DNA of 64,000 nucleotides from the human T2T-CHM13v2.0 reference genome, Homo sapiens: NCBI RefSeq assembly GCF_009914755.1, contig NC_060937.1. One strand, 5' to 3'. Position numbers and translations under genes: made by a program. Shown here in pieces: positions 16,670 to 31,389 of the stretch (positions within the stretch are counted from its first letter, which is position 1; each line of letters starts with the position of its first letter). The notes under the pieces are model-generated. The model made no database searches. It worked only from the letters and a program-made list of their open reading frames with translations, and was not told the origin of the DNA.

Positions 16670-17600
16670 TCTATCCACTGTTCCTGGCTCATCACTCCCA
16701 TGACCTTTGTTACACTCTTTTGTTACAACTTTGGAACTTTGGGGCACTTTAGTTCTCAGAAGCAGGCCTCAGAAAACAGAATCTCTCTCTGACCTTCTCC
16801 TACCTTCTTTTCCCTGCTCCTTTTTCTCCCCAATGCAGGACTCTAATCTTCCCCCACCTTTCTCTGATCTACCTTGTCTGACTGTCGGTTGTAAGTTCCC
16901 CATTTCTGAAGGGGCCCTGCATCATCCCAGGAGGAAGGAATGCTGTACAGAGAGACCAAGAAGAATCTGAAGGGACAGGACTTGCTGGGTTCCCCACTCA
17001 GTCTACTGGTATTAGATCATACCCTTTTTGTCCAATCACATATCTACATGGTTGTCCATGCTTCAACATGCCTATCCAATGAAGTCTCCATACAAGCTCT
17101 AGGAGAACAGTGTATAGAGAGCCTCCAGATAGCTGAGCATGTGGAGGCTCCTACAGGGTTGTGCATCCAGGGATGGCATGGAAGCCCCATTCCCCCTCCC
17201 CCATATTTTTCCCTTTGCACTTCTTCATCTGTATCCTTTGTTATATCCTTCATAATAAATCGGTAGATGTTGGTACATGTTTCTGAGTTCTGTGAGCTGC
17301 TCTAGCAAATTAATCAAACCCAAGGAGGGAGTTGTGGGTTCCCTGAATTATAGCCGGCTGAGGCTTGTGAAGGCATCTTAAGTGGAAGCAGTCTGGTGAG
17401 ATGGAGCCCTCAACCTGTGGGCTCTCCAGGTAGACAGTGTCAGAACTGAATTGGAGGACACCTGCTGGTGTCTGCTGCAGAACTGATTCCTTGCTTGTTG
17501 GTGAGGAGAAATCCCTGCACATCTGGCCACAGAAGTCCGCTGTGTTGATTATTGTGGAATGAGAGCAGAGGAAAGACATTTCGGGATTTGTTTTGTTTTT
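16670..17600 (+). mobile_element. ERV LTR, MER21-like, inserted in old L1M sequence
   Basis: CTGAGTTCTGTGAGCTGCTCTAGCAAATTAATCAAACCC and GACAGTGTCAGAACTGAATTGGAGGACACC motifs, plus AATAAA. Confidence 0.7.
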
Positions 17601-17924
17601 TTTTTCCAGCTCAGGGGACTAGGACCCACCCTCCATTCCCCTGAGCTGAAAAAAAACAAACAAGACCCCCAAGAGAAATATTAACCAAATGTAAGTGTGG
17701 GCCTTGTTTGGTTCTAGATTAAACCAATTAATTTTTTAAAGCATGAAAGAAACATGGAAAACAAGAAAATCTGAGGACTCTAGATGTAATAATTAAAGAC
17801 ATTTTTAAGGCAGTGATAGCAATATTGTGGTTATGTTCTTTAAAAGTGTCTTTATCCTGTTATAGGTATACTATATGAGTATTTAGAGATGAAATCACAT
17901 CCCAGATTAGTTTCAAAAGAATAG

Positions 17925-18697
17925 CTGGAAAAATAAGCAGATGAAAAATGCTCAATATTACTGGCCATCAGGGAAATGCAAATCAAAATTAGAATGAGGT
18001 AACACTTTGTACCCACAAGGATGGCTATAATAAAAAAGAGATAATAACAAGTGTTGGTGAGGATGTGGAGAAATTTGAACCCTCATACACTCTAGTACAA
18101 ATGTACAATGCTGTGGCCACTTTGGAAAACAGTTTGGTAATTCCTTAAATCATTAAACATAGTTATCATGTGTAACTCAGCAATTGCACTCCTAGGTGTA
18201 CACCCAAGGGAAATTAAAATGAGTCTACAGAAAAGCACATAGAAATGTTCATAGCAGCATTATAAATAGCCAAAATGTGAAAGCAGTCCAAATGTCCATC
18301 AAATGATGAATGGATAAGTATGGCATATTCATACAATAAACTACTATGCTGGAATAAAAATAAACAACATATTGATACATGCTATAACATAAATGAACCT
18401 TGACATCATTATGCTGAGTAGAAGAAACCAATCATAAGACACCACATAAAATATGATTCCTTATATATGAATGTCCAGAATAGGTAAGTTGTAGAAACAG
18501 AAAATAGATCGGGGTTTCCTAGGGCTGTGGTGTCAGGAACAAGGAGACTGGGAGCACTGGCAGGGAAAGGGCGGTGATTGCTAAGGGGTCTTGGGTTTCT
18601 TTTGGGGGTAATGAAAATGTTTTAAAATCAGCTGTGGTGATGAATGCACAACTCTGTGACTATACTAACAGCCAGTGAATTGTATGCCTTGAAAAAA
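17925..18697 (+). mobile_element. L1MB-type 3' end
   Basis: ORF2 C-terminal/3'UTR remnants. Confidence 0.85.
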
Positions 18698-18915
18698 GCA
18701 TGCTGGGGCAGGTGTGGGCAGGGGTACAGGTGAAATATAACATGCCATGTGTTGAAAGTTTTTACATGTGTAGGCTCTATCATCAGACCCTCCAGATCAA
18801 ATCCTCGCTCTCAAAATTATGAGCCATGTGACCCTGGGCAAGATGTTTAACCAGTTTGAATCCTAGATCCCTCAAATGTAACATGAGGATAGTAATACAG
18901 GCATGCACACGTTAA

Positions 18916-19381
<466 letters not shown>

Positions 19382-22014
19382 TAGGGACACCTAGTAGGGT
19401 TCACAAAAGTCTTCCTTTGTTGGCTCTGACCTTTTTAATGTTTATGATGCTCCTTACCAAGGCATTATCTTCAAAAGGTTCTGTTTTTTGTGACTTAGTA
19501 AGTTTGTTTTCTCTTTGATTTTAGGCTATAGATGAAAATGTAGGAGCAGCAGCAAGAGATGGAAGAAGGAGACCAACTGAGCCACATTCATGGACTTTGT
19601 GCTAGAGGGCCTGATTCTTCCACCCCAGGGCCACACATGCGGGGACAGCAAAGGATAATAAATCCCACGGATCGTCCTTCAGACTCTTCCCATTGGCGAT
19701 GCCATTAGAAGACTGGCTCAACCTGGAGGCAGCTGCGTGCTGTTCCTGACATTACCAGACCTGCCCACTCTCCCCTGGATCCCAACATCACCGTCTACCT
19801 GGGTCCTCATTCTTGTAACCCAACGATGGCCTCCTAAATTAGCAAAGTGCTTTGGCTCCTTTTCTATAACAAAGGCTCTTTTTGAACCTCATCAGTGAAA
19901 CTATGACAAATATTTTATAAACGGCTCTCTGAAAGCACAGCTCGACACGTGCGCACTTACACGCACACACAATGGCGTGTTTAGATGCTCACGTGCGCTC
20001 TCTGCACAGGGCTGCAGCATTTTCTCCCCTTCAAGTTTGCTCCCAAACGGATTTATTTTTTAATTTTTATTTTGTTGTACTGTATGTATCAACTGCACAA
20101 GGCAATCAGCCAAAGAGAGATTTAAACATATGGACTAAATTTCATGTCTTTGGAAAACATGGTAGAGCAAGACAGCAATAAGCTCTTCCACTCTGCTCTC
20201 TGGGGCTGCCACTTGGCTGAGGAGGGGACATGTTACACCTGGGCCAAATCATCCTGGGGCTCCCACTCAAAGCGCCACTCTCATGTCTGCAGCGGCCTGT
20301 GCAAATATGCAAAGCCCCCTTTGAAAGCTCTGTGGTGCTGCTTAGCGGTGTTCTTTGCACCTTGAACAATGCTCACTCACATGCAAGACCTGCCCATGGA
20401 CATACCAGGATTAGCAAAGCAATCCACGGTCCTGAATTTCTGTGGGTGCCTGCATTTGCTATGCTACAAGGGGAAGAGATTGTCATTTACAGTGAAAAAT
20501 AAAGGTGGTGTTAATTAAATTTATTTTCCTGAGTGCCGACGTCTCCAGACCTCTATTCCTTTTGTAAGGTGAGCAAGTATGTCCTACAAAAGAGTGAGCC
20601 AGAAATGAACTTCATTTTACTGTTATAATATCCAGAATTCACACATTTTTAAGCATTTGCCAAAATAAGTAATGATTTTACAATTGACTTACATAGGCTC
20701 TTTGTATCCCTCTGGTTTGGAAATTGAAAATAGAACTGTGTACTGTATTACTTTGCCCAGATGCAACATTGACACTGATGTTTTACAACCAAAATGCTAC
20801 CACCTCTAGGTACATAGTGTAACCTGACATACACTGTGTATAACTTGCCTTCTTTCCTGTCAAATGTATCCATTTCCAGGTCAAGTTAAAGAGAGTAAAA
20901 GTTTAAAGACAAAATCACAAATCAGTGGCTCCACCATAATGCCAAATTGCCAGGGCCATTAAAGGTTTGTGATTGGACACTGGAGGCAAAGGTCAGGATA
21001 AGCTAGGGCACAGACTGTACATTGTAACATAGCTCTTTCTCTTACTTTCAGAAAGCTTATCAGATGGAATGATCACAATGGCGACGGTGAAAGTTCTACA
21101 GGTACGCTTTTTGTACACTCCATTTTAGATACAGGTAGGTGCGTCTACTGTGTGAGCTTCAGGACTAAGCATTAGTTACAGGTTCCTCTGTGCATGCCTG
21201 ACTGTGTGTCGGTGTGACCACAGCAGCTGCAGAGCAGTGATTTGGCAGTGTGAGTGCAGGAGCTCCCTAGGCCAAGCCGTTCAGGATTACAAAGCAAGGA
21301 CGGCAAGGACTGGGACAGGTGGGCAGGGAGCTGGAAGAGAGGCAGGTGCTGCAGTAGAAAGACTGCGGGCTTTATGGTCAGGCATGCCTTAGGTGGAAGC
21401 TTGGCTCTGCCGCTTTCCAGCTTTGTGAGGGGGGAAGTGAATTCACTTCTCCTAGTCCTACGTGTGTCACATGAGAAACAGGAACCGCCTACATTTCCGA
21501 GTTGCCGAGGAGATGGAAAGTGAACAGCAGGTGCACAGTAGGGGTAACGGTGGCTGTAAAAGGTGGGTGCAGAAGCCGTGGAGGTCCATGCCACGTATCC
21601 AGCCCTACCCACTCCATCATGGACACTTGCCACTCGCAAGAGACTGGGAGGCCTGGAAACCAGAAGGGTCCTGGACGGGCTGATGGCTTATCTCAAGGGA
21701 TAGCTCAAGCTGAAGGCATTGAGTGGCCTGATTTATTTTTGTAATGAAGTAACTCAGGTTTTTAAATCTAAATTCATTATATTACTCTATGGAGCCACTA
21801 ACATCACTTGTGATGTCAGGAATGGCTGTCATAGTGAGGATGGGAAGGCGAAGGAGGGAAAGAAGAAGGGGGAAGTAGCTACTTTGGCTGGGCTGGATAT
21901 TTTGTTTTGGTCCCTTTTTAATATTTAAAATAATCTGGTAAAGTGAACTCTTTAAAAATATTTATTGCCTTTGTTTTAAATATTATGTAATTAAGTTTAT
22001 ATAATTACTTTTTA

Positions 22015-23065
22015 ATAAACTTTTTATTTTAGAAGCTTTAGATTTACAGAAAAATTGTCCAAAATTTGCAATACTACAGAGTCCTCATATTCCCCCCACC
22101 CAGGTTCCCCTGATATTAACATCACACATTAGCCTCGTACACAAGTATGTTAGTCACAAGGAGTGAACAGACGTCACTACATTGTTTTCACCAGTATCTA
22201 CACTTTATTCAGATTTCCTTACTTTTCCCCTGCTGTCCTCTTCCTGTCCAGGATCCCACACTGCAATTAGTTGTCATGCCTCCTCAGAATCTCTTGGCTG
22301 TGACACTTTCTCAGACTTGTCTTGTTTTGGGTGGCATTGACAAAGAGAAGTTCTCAGACTTCTCTTGTTTTGGGTGGCATTGACTACTTTGAGGCGCATT
22401 AGTCAGGAATGTTGCATGCCCTCCATTGACATGCGTCTGACTTTTTCCCCTCATGATTAGAATGGGGTTATGGGATTCTTTTCTGTGGAAGATCACAGAG
22501 GTTGAGTACCATTCTCATCACACCATATCAAGGGGACATGCTATCAGCATGGCTTCACTCTTGATGTTGGCCTTGGTCACGTGGCAGAAGTAGTGGTCGT
22601 TAGCTTCCTCCACTGTGAAGTTACTCTTTTTGCTCCCTTTCCAACCCATCCTCCGGAAGGAAGCTGCTATGTACAGCCCACACTAAAGGGTGGAGACTTA
22701 TGTTCCACCTCGTTGAGGGAAGAGCATGAATTACTTGGAATTCCTCTGCATGGGAGATTTCTCTATTCATTCATGCATTCATTCATTTGGGATTCATTTA
22801 TATCGGTATAAACAAATGGATTTTTATTTTGTACTTTGTGTTATAATCCAACACCCCATTGTTTATTTTGCTTCTTATGTGTTCCAGCTCTGGCTGTTGA
22901 AACTCTTTCAGTTGGGTCCTGTTCCCCTTTGACATCCCCCCATCGCCCAATATGGTGGCCTTTTTTGAGCACTTTCTTATTTTCTGGCATTATATTATTA
23001 TTGCATTAAGTATTGGCTCATATATTTCCTGGCCCAGTCCTAGAATCAATCACTTCTCCAAGAAG
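22015..23065 (-). mobile_element. L1MC/MD-type 3'UTR
   Basis: TTTAGATTTACAGAAAAATTG...TTCCTGTCCAGGATCCCA...CTAGAATCAATCACTTCTCCAAG. Confidence 0.75.
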
Positions 23066-23209
23066 ACTTGTAAACTTGCTTTTTAAGCAGTTAACAGCTT
23101 TCAGACCAGGGCTGTTTGTTCACCACCATTGAAGTAATACCCTTCTGAGTATCGTACCCAAAGTTCATCCTCCCGTGGCTGCTGGGAGCACAAACTATTG
23201 CCTAATGCA

Positions 23210-23685
23210 CATGAGCTCAGAGATTTTTCTGCCTGTCCTTTCTGGAGTTCTTTCCGCAGCTGCCATGGGGGCCCTTACGCTCACACACATGTGTCCATCA
23301 GTGCCCAGCCGAGGACTGAGGGATCCTCTCCGGAATTCCAGAGCTCGCTCTCTGGGCACCTCTTGCCTGTCTGGCACTCTGCCTTGAGAATTACAGCTGC
23401 TTCAGAGTCCCAGATTCCTATCTCTGTCTCATGAATTTAGAGACTCCTGGGTTTTGTGTGGGGTCCCCTCCCCATGCTGTGGCCTAGGAAGCCCCCCAGG
23501 CAGTGAGCGGGGGAAGCCGCAGGGCTCACCTCCACTGCTCTCCCTCTCAGGGACCACCGTCCTGCACGACTCGATGTCCAACATCTGAAAACCCTTGTTG
23601 CATTTATTTTGCCTAGTTTTTTGTTGTTTAAGATGAGAAGGTAAATCTAGTCCTTATGACTCTATCTTGGCCTGAGTAGAACTTC
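23210..23685 (-). mobile_element. Old L1M 5'UTR fragment
   Basis: AGGGCTCACCTC...CTCTCAGGGACCAC...TCTGAAAAC pattern. Confidence 0.55.
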
Positions 23686-24288
23686 TAATTGACTCCAACA
23701 TTTACCAAACAAAGGGTCCCATTTAGCAATGAGATTGACTTTCCTGGGATGCTAAGTAGTCTCATCGTAGTCAGTGACCCATAGTGAATCACCTGACCAA
23801 GGGAGGGACACAGCTTGGACCATGCAGCGTTGTACAGTGGCACTCATCTGTCTCTGTCACATATGAGGTTGCTGGTGGTGCAAAATGGGAAAGGATTATA
23901 CCGAGAGGCTCTGAAAGCCAAAGGCCTTCCTACTTACTCTACAGGACCATCAGAAGGTGGCTGTGGGGAGGGCTGCTGGGCAGGTCCAACCACTCTTCTC
24001 AGGAGACAAGGGCCTGCACTGGCCAACAGCCACCACCACTATTTTAATGAAAATGGCCCATAGAAGTGGTATGCGTGGTGGCACAAGTAGCCTCAAGATC
24101 CCAGGAGATCAACTGGTTTCACAGGAGTTCCCCTTATCCTGGGCAAGCTAAGAAGTGCTGTTTAATATGAGCACTCACCAAGAGCTTGAAAACCCACTTG
24201 GCTAACAAGGATGGAAGGTGGAGAACAGGGCTGCGAATGCCCCCTGGGCCTCTGCTCAGCATCTTTCCTTCAGCTCCACTACATCAGA

Positions 24289-24585
24289 CTCACACACACA
24301 CACACACACACCCCACAACCCCCCCACCCCACATGCACATTCACACACATACCCCCCCATGCCCCCCCACAACCCTCCCACCCCCCCCACACTCACCCAC
24401 ACACACCCCCACAACCCCCTACATGCACACTCACACACATACCCACCCACACGCACACCCTAGAAACCCCCAAATGCACGCTCACACACATACACACCCT
24501 CCACAATACACACACACCCACATGCACACTCACACACACATACACACACACACCCCACGTGCACACTCACACACACACACACATA
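24289..24585. repeat. CA/C-rich low-complexity repeat
   Basis: CACACA units interspersed with C-runs. Confidence 0.95.
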
Positions 24586-25334
24586 TCCTCTTGGAATATC
24601 AACAGGGGACCATCATTTTCTTCCTGGTCTCAATTTCATTGTCTTCAGATCTTAGAAACTTTCCTTCTAAAACAGTAAGGCAGGCTTTAAAGATTTGCAA
24701 ACAACATTTTTTTTTTTAAATCCAGGAATGTTATACTAAAGGAAAGAATGCTTTCCAAGGGTGAGTGCAAAGGAAATTTTCTTCAGGCAGCTCACTGTGT
24801 ACATCAGAGTTCCTCCAATTGGGAGATTTACCTGTAGTTTGCAACAAGAACCACAAAGCCATCGCCAAGTGAGTTAACGAGACCACATTCTCTGTCCTTC
24901 AACTAGCTGTGAGGGCAGGTGCAGCTGGGATGGAGAAGCTGCCAATGAGTGGCACGGCCCTCTCTGCTCGGGCCCGCCTGCCAGGCCTCAACTGTCCTGA
25001 GGGTGAGGTCCACTCTCAGCATTTATGGCCTCACCCCCATCTTTGGTCTCATTCCACACCTCCCACCAACCACACCTTCTGGCCCACCCAAAGCAAGAAA
25101 GCCCTTGGAGAAATGAAAATGTTCTCCTCATTAAAAAAGACTTCTAATTAGTGAAGCAACCATAAATGACCATGGAACTCCTTGTTTCAGACATGGAGCT
25201 TCTTCAAGACCTGTTTCCTGTCATTCACAACAATGGAGGAAGTGTCCCATTAAGACAGATGAGGGCCAGCAACCCTGGCTTTAGAGTTAATTAATATATT
25301 CACCTTTAAGAAGGGAAAGGGTCTCAGTGATTTG

Positions 25335-25585
25335 TGAAGCTGAGGCAGGATGATCACGTGAGGTTAGGATTTCAAGACCAGCCTGGGCAACATAGTCAGT
25401 CCCTGTCTCTACAAAAAATAGTTTAAAAATTAGCTGGGTGCGGTGGTACATCCCTGTAGTCCCAGCTACTCAGGAGGCTGAGTGGGAGGATGGCTTGAGT
25501 CCAGGAGGTCACAGCTACAGTGAGCTATGATACTGCCACTGCACTCCAGTCTGAGCAACAGAGCAAAACCCTGTCTCTAAAAACC
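25335..25585 (+). mobile_element. AluJ, 5'-truncated
   Basis: Alu arms with J-type diagnostic sequence. Confidence 0.9.
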
Positions 25586-28500
25586 ATAAAGTAGGGGAAG
25601 GGTATGTGGGGGTGTAGAAGGATTTGGGGGGATTGTCATGAGCTCAGCTTCACTATGAAGCCTGCCTTTAGTGGTGTGACCAGAGGCTTTACATTCAGTT
25701 GGCACTCACAGATCTGTCCTGGATGAAACTGAAGTAGTTTCCATGAACGAACCCCCTTTTCACCTGATTTCCTTCAGGACATCCACCTGGGGCCATAGCT
25801 GTGGACTCCCACCGCCTAGGGGAGCACAGGACAAACTGGAGCTCACTGACCACATAGGACTTCCTGAGTAATGGTGTGAGCTGGCCAGTGGCAGGTCCCC
25901 TTGGATCTCACATCCTGATAAGAGAGTGGAACGAGGCCAAAACAAAGAAAAGAGAAAAATCCTTCCAATGCAATATTTAGGCTCAACCCATAAGGAAATC
26001 CCATCTCCCCGGCAAATCTAAGCAATGAAAATTTCTCATAAAATTAAGCTGCTATTTTCTTCAAAAACTGGTCATTACCTCCAGGACAATGTTGGTACAA
26101 AGGTCTGCTACCCGGCCCTTCTACCACCCAGAGAGTTCACTGTTCTACAATCACACCATGACTTTGAGGCCCACATGTTTTCATTCTACCCACAACAGCC
26201 CCTGACCTGCTCCACCTGGGGGAATTCTTGCTTATTCTCCAAGGTTCAGTTCCAATGGCACATTCCCTGTGAGGCAGTCCCTAAGATCCCATGATATTTG
26301 CCACAGCCGTAAGGAATTAGTAGCCAAGGCTTTCTTCCCTGGGCTCCTGCGGCTGCACCCCACTGCTTGTCCAACTCCTGCCTTCTGTTTTGGACTGTGA
26401 GTCCCCTGATGGCAGGGCCTGAGATTCATCCTGTCTGGGGCCCCGAGGCTACCCAGGGGCCCTGCGAGATGTGCACCAGGGGATGGACACACGGACGGAA
26501 GGACGTGGCTGCTCTACATTGGCAGTGTAGGGCTTCAGGGTTTTCAAAGTAGACTGGCATGTGCACTCTGATTTGCCCTTCCCCTCCTGGGGAGGCAGAA
26601 AAAGTATTATTCATGCTCCACTCACAAGGACATGAGTGTTGGAAAATGTGAAACGAGAGGGAGCCCGATGCTGCCTGGAGACCTAAACTAGACCACAGAC
26701 TTGGGCTCTAGTTTTGGCTTTCCTCCAGGGTATTCTGAGTGACTGTGAGCAAGTCTGTGGGCCTGGGCTGTAAGGAATTATCTACATTATCTCTGATCCA
26801 GTTGCAATCGTCTATGCCTCCCCTTAGGCCATGTGTTCCTAAGTGGTGACGCCTGAACTAGCATGAAGGTTTTCAGATGCTTAGCAGCTTGTGAAAGGTC
26901 CTGGTGCCACTTCATTCTCAGGTGCTGAATTTGTTTTTCAAATCCATGTAATATTGGAATAATGGCTGGTCCTCAACTGGTAATGAGAAGTTGTTTTTAT
27001 GAGTGAAACCTGCATCGCCAGCACAGCTTGGGGTAGGTCCATGCTGCTAACTCCAGACAGGGATCAACGGGAAACTGCACGGACACATTCATTCCTTTCA
27101 GCAAATATGGCAACAAGATGATGATATCCAACAGGTCTCTAATAAAGGAATGCAGGAAAAGCACATACGGAATAGAAGTGAGTGAGAACAAGCAAGTGCT
27201 TACAGGTTCTGTGCTGATCATGCCTCTGCTAAAACAAAAACAAAACATTTTGGTTCATCAAGGTGCGCTGGAGAAAGCTGAGCTGTTGCTGCTCAGACTC
27301 TATCACAGCTCCGCTGACTGTGACATGGAAACAACAGGAGCCCCATCTACAGATGGAAAGATCGTAATTTCTCAGACCGCATCAAAGTCTCACAAAGCCT
27401 TGTCTAAATGCTGTTCTGAGTGTTTCATTGAGCAACATTTGGCAAATCTCAAGGCTGGAGATGTAGCAATAGGATTAATAGAAGGAGGAGTTGCTGAATG
27501 CATTTCTCAGTCCAAACACAAGGAGCAACAACACGGAAAGTTAAAACGTGGCCAGTGATTCGCAGCTGGCTTGCTTGGGGTAGCAGCCAAAGGCCTCCTT
27601 CAAAAGCTAAATATATTCTTCCTTGCAGATAACCCAATAGTCGATACAGTCACGAGTTTAAAAGAACCTTCCTGGGCTACTGTCAGGACTCCCAGGCAGG
27701 GTAAGTAGCACCTGCCAGCCAGGCTCGGTGAGCCTCCAATTGATCTTATACTTCATATTTCCTCTAAAATTACCAAGCTGCCAGCAGATCCACTAGTTAG
27801 TCCACAGAGACCACTAGGAACCCACAAACCTTATTTTCTACAGTAATGTACTGGACCTTAAGCAACACATGGGCTGGTCTTTTCAGCACCCAGCGGAGAG
27901 TAAGCAGACAGTCAGAAGGCACTGAACAGCACCGATTTTGTTTGGTTCTAGTTGTTAAGTTGGTGACTTCAGAATCACAACAGTGTGAAAATCTCCCATT
28001 CCTGGGGCTACCAGAGGTTCCTCATTCTTTGGAACCAAAACGTATAATCCACAAGGCTTGAGAGCTATATTTGCTTTTGACAAATGTCTGAATTTTACTT
28101 AATGAGGATAAAAAAATATTTTGTTTCCATGAAAAGTTTTGCCTATGGAAGTTTTTGAGCTTGAAAATTTCAGAACTAGTTTCACTTTGAAACAGAAGGA
28201 TCCCATAACACCGAAAAGCCGATATTCATAAAACCAAAGCAGTGCCTGTGGGAGGTGCACCAAAGTCCCTTCATATGAAATTTCCTGGTGTCCCTAAGGG
28301 GGAACACAGTGACATCCCAGGGGGTACAGGAAAGACAAGTCCCCCCCAAGACCCTGTCCAGGAGCTCTCCAGCCTGGGCCTCCCCTCTCATTCTCTTAGT
28401 CCTAAACGTTTGGGGACATGTCAGAACATGAAAGGGAAAGGAAAACCAAAATAAAGTCTTAGTTAGCTATAAAACCCAAGTAACCAGAGTCCTTGGATGA

Positions 28501-30571
28501 GTTTTATTTTGCTGCCTTATTTCATTTTTAGGAAATGTGAGATGAATGTTTTTACAAAATAAAACAGAAACTCCCTAAATATGACTTAGGGACAAGTTCC
28601 AACCTAGCCTGGAGCTCTTATACCTTTTAAAGTTTACAGTAAGAACTGACCTACACTAATCCATTAAATTAGTGAATTGACTTTCCACCAAATTCTAGAA
28701 ACATTACAGATTACAGACCATTAGAAAAACATTTTAATGTTTTTAGAAAAATTAAAGCTATATTTTATCTATTCTAAACAGGGCAAAAAGTACACATATC
28801 ACAGAAGGATAAGAAGAATAGAAAGTAAAAGTTTAAAAAGTTCACTTTTTTAAACATTGAAGAAAAATGCTACTAGAAATCTGGTTGAGTATATGTAGTT
28901 TGCTAAAAGGAATACTGAAATACTTTGCTTTCTGGTATCCTAGTTAAAAAGCACAAAACGATCTTTAACAGGGAGAAAAATACTAAAATGTGATTTTCCC
29001 TTGCTGTTGCTCATTTGCTTACCCTGAATGAAACATTTAAAAAAGATACATATCACTGGCTGTCAAAGTCCTAGCTTTGGGGATACCTTTTATAAGCTGC
29101 ACCAAAATTTCAATCTGGTGGGCTGCGGGATGGGAATGTCAAGAACAGCAGTACAGTAAAACAGAAGTCAGAGAAAGGCTTGACATAGTTTAAAAATAGC
29201 CAATATAAATTTGAAAATGGCATGAGAACACATCTGTAAGTATGCTGCTGTATTTTGTATCTGACAAGCCACCCATCATTTTCTACCTATGTTATCACTC
29301 CCAAGATCTATTTTAATATTTACTGTATGTGTTAATAAAAATGAGTAATGGAAAGCATCACAACTCAACCACATGCCACAAGCAGCCCATTAAAGCACAA
29401 ATAACTTACTAATAAAAAGTTCTTATCAGAATACAGAGAATTCCAATTAGCCTTTTTATTTACTAACATTATCTTAGAGTCGACATAAAGTTAACCGCTT
29501 CCTGCTTTTAATTTAGTTCATTCTAATGACTATTTCTCTGCATCTCTACCGTTCGTTTAAGGATGAAGATGGGGATAATGAAAAACAAAAGTCCTGCCAG
29601 CACTAACATTGTCAAGCCGTGATATCGGCACTTAAAACAACCGTTTGTGAGAGAAAACCTGGTATCTGGCTTCTGACGTTTCAGTACAATCTTCTATTGT
29701 GCATCTGGATGACATCACTGTTGTGTGTGAGTCCTTGGTCCCAATAATAGCCCAGCACAGAGGCGCCAGGGCATGCTTTCATATTCACATTCATGTGGAC
29801 ATAACAGGACTCCTGAACTGCATGCTTCCCCCAGTGACACACGCCCCATGCCTCCAGGCTGTGCACAGGCAATGCAGTGGCAGCCCAGAGGGAGAGGTGA
29901 TTTACGGTGGCTCAGGCAGACACCACTAATACCGGCTTTTCATGTGTTTGACCAACAGCCTTTGCAGAGATGTGCATACAGGGCCCTAACTCTCCAGGAG
30001 CTGCTACGGACAGAGCCCGGTAATCCCGACTACTTAGTGGATCCTGTGCCTCCCAAGGGTGGCGCCCACGGTGACTGCACACTTGTCACAGACTGGCAGG
30101 CCATTTGTCTGCTGCAGCCCACCAAATCCCACAGATCCTTTTGGATCCTTTGCAGCAGGCTTTTCATACCTTGAGTCTTACTTAATGTTCACATGAAAAA
30201 GCAACTGCTGTTTGCTGTGCTCATAAAAGTCTTGTTAGAAATTAACACCTTGTGTGAATAAAAACATCAAGTAAGTATTTATCTGAGGTCTTTTGGAAAA
30301 AATAATCCCGTGGTTAAGGTTTTACAATAGGCACTGTAGTGACAGAGGAGTGCTCCCCAAAACTACGGGGCTCTGTGAACTGCCGGTGCGCAGCAAAGCG
30401 CGGCCCATGTGTGCAGCAGAGCGCGGCCCATGTGTGCAACCTCATTCCATTAGGAAAGGTAATAAAGAGGTCAAGGATCCTGATTTCTGTCTCCAAAGCC
30501 AGGTGTCTCTCAAACATGCGTCACTGATCACAAGTGGAGGTGAAGCAGTGAGAGTAATGAAAAGTAGTTGC

Positions 30572-30929
<358 letters not shown>

Positions 30930-31389
30930 TTAAAAGCTCCTCAGTTTATAACCCCCAATGTTAAATCAATGAAACAAGCATATTCTTCCAATTACCCTCA
31001 TATTTTTGATGTTCAATAAGACTAAAACAAAAAAAGATATGTAATACCATAGTAAGCTGTCATCTGGAGGAATCAGGTCTTACATTTTATTAATCAGGAA
31101 AACTAAATGTACAATTGAGTAAATTCATGTATTTATGTCTCTGTGCCTTGTAGTCATGGCATTTTCAATGATAAATTTATATGCAGTCATCCTAGACCCT
31201 CTCCAGTCATGAGAAGAAGGCATGTACAATGTCTGGTGACTTCTGGTAATAGGCTAAAACACATTATATAAAAGCATAGGGTGTTCGGAAACTGGAGGTC
31301 AGCCTGATATAGTTAGAGTGAAAGATGGCACAGGGAAGGTTTGGGAGCCACAATATGGGTGGTTGGGAGTGTCACCTGAGTTCCCTAAC

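Noticed and set aside
22306-22384. 35-bp tandem duplication with a short inverted filler
   Set aside because: Local slippage or template switch within old L1; no sign of function
27118-27558. 146-aa plus-strand ORF in unique sequence
   Set aside because: No recognisable product; better explained as chance or an antisense shadow over two minus-strand relic exons
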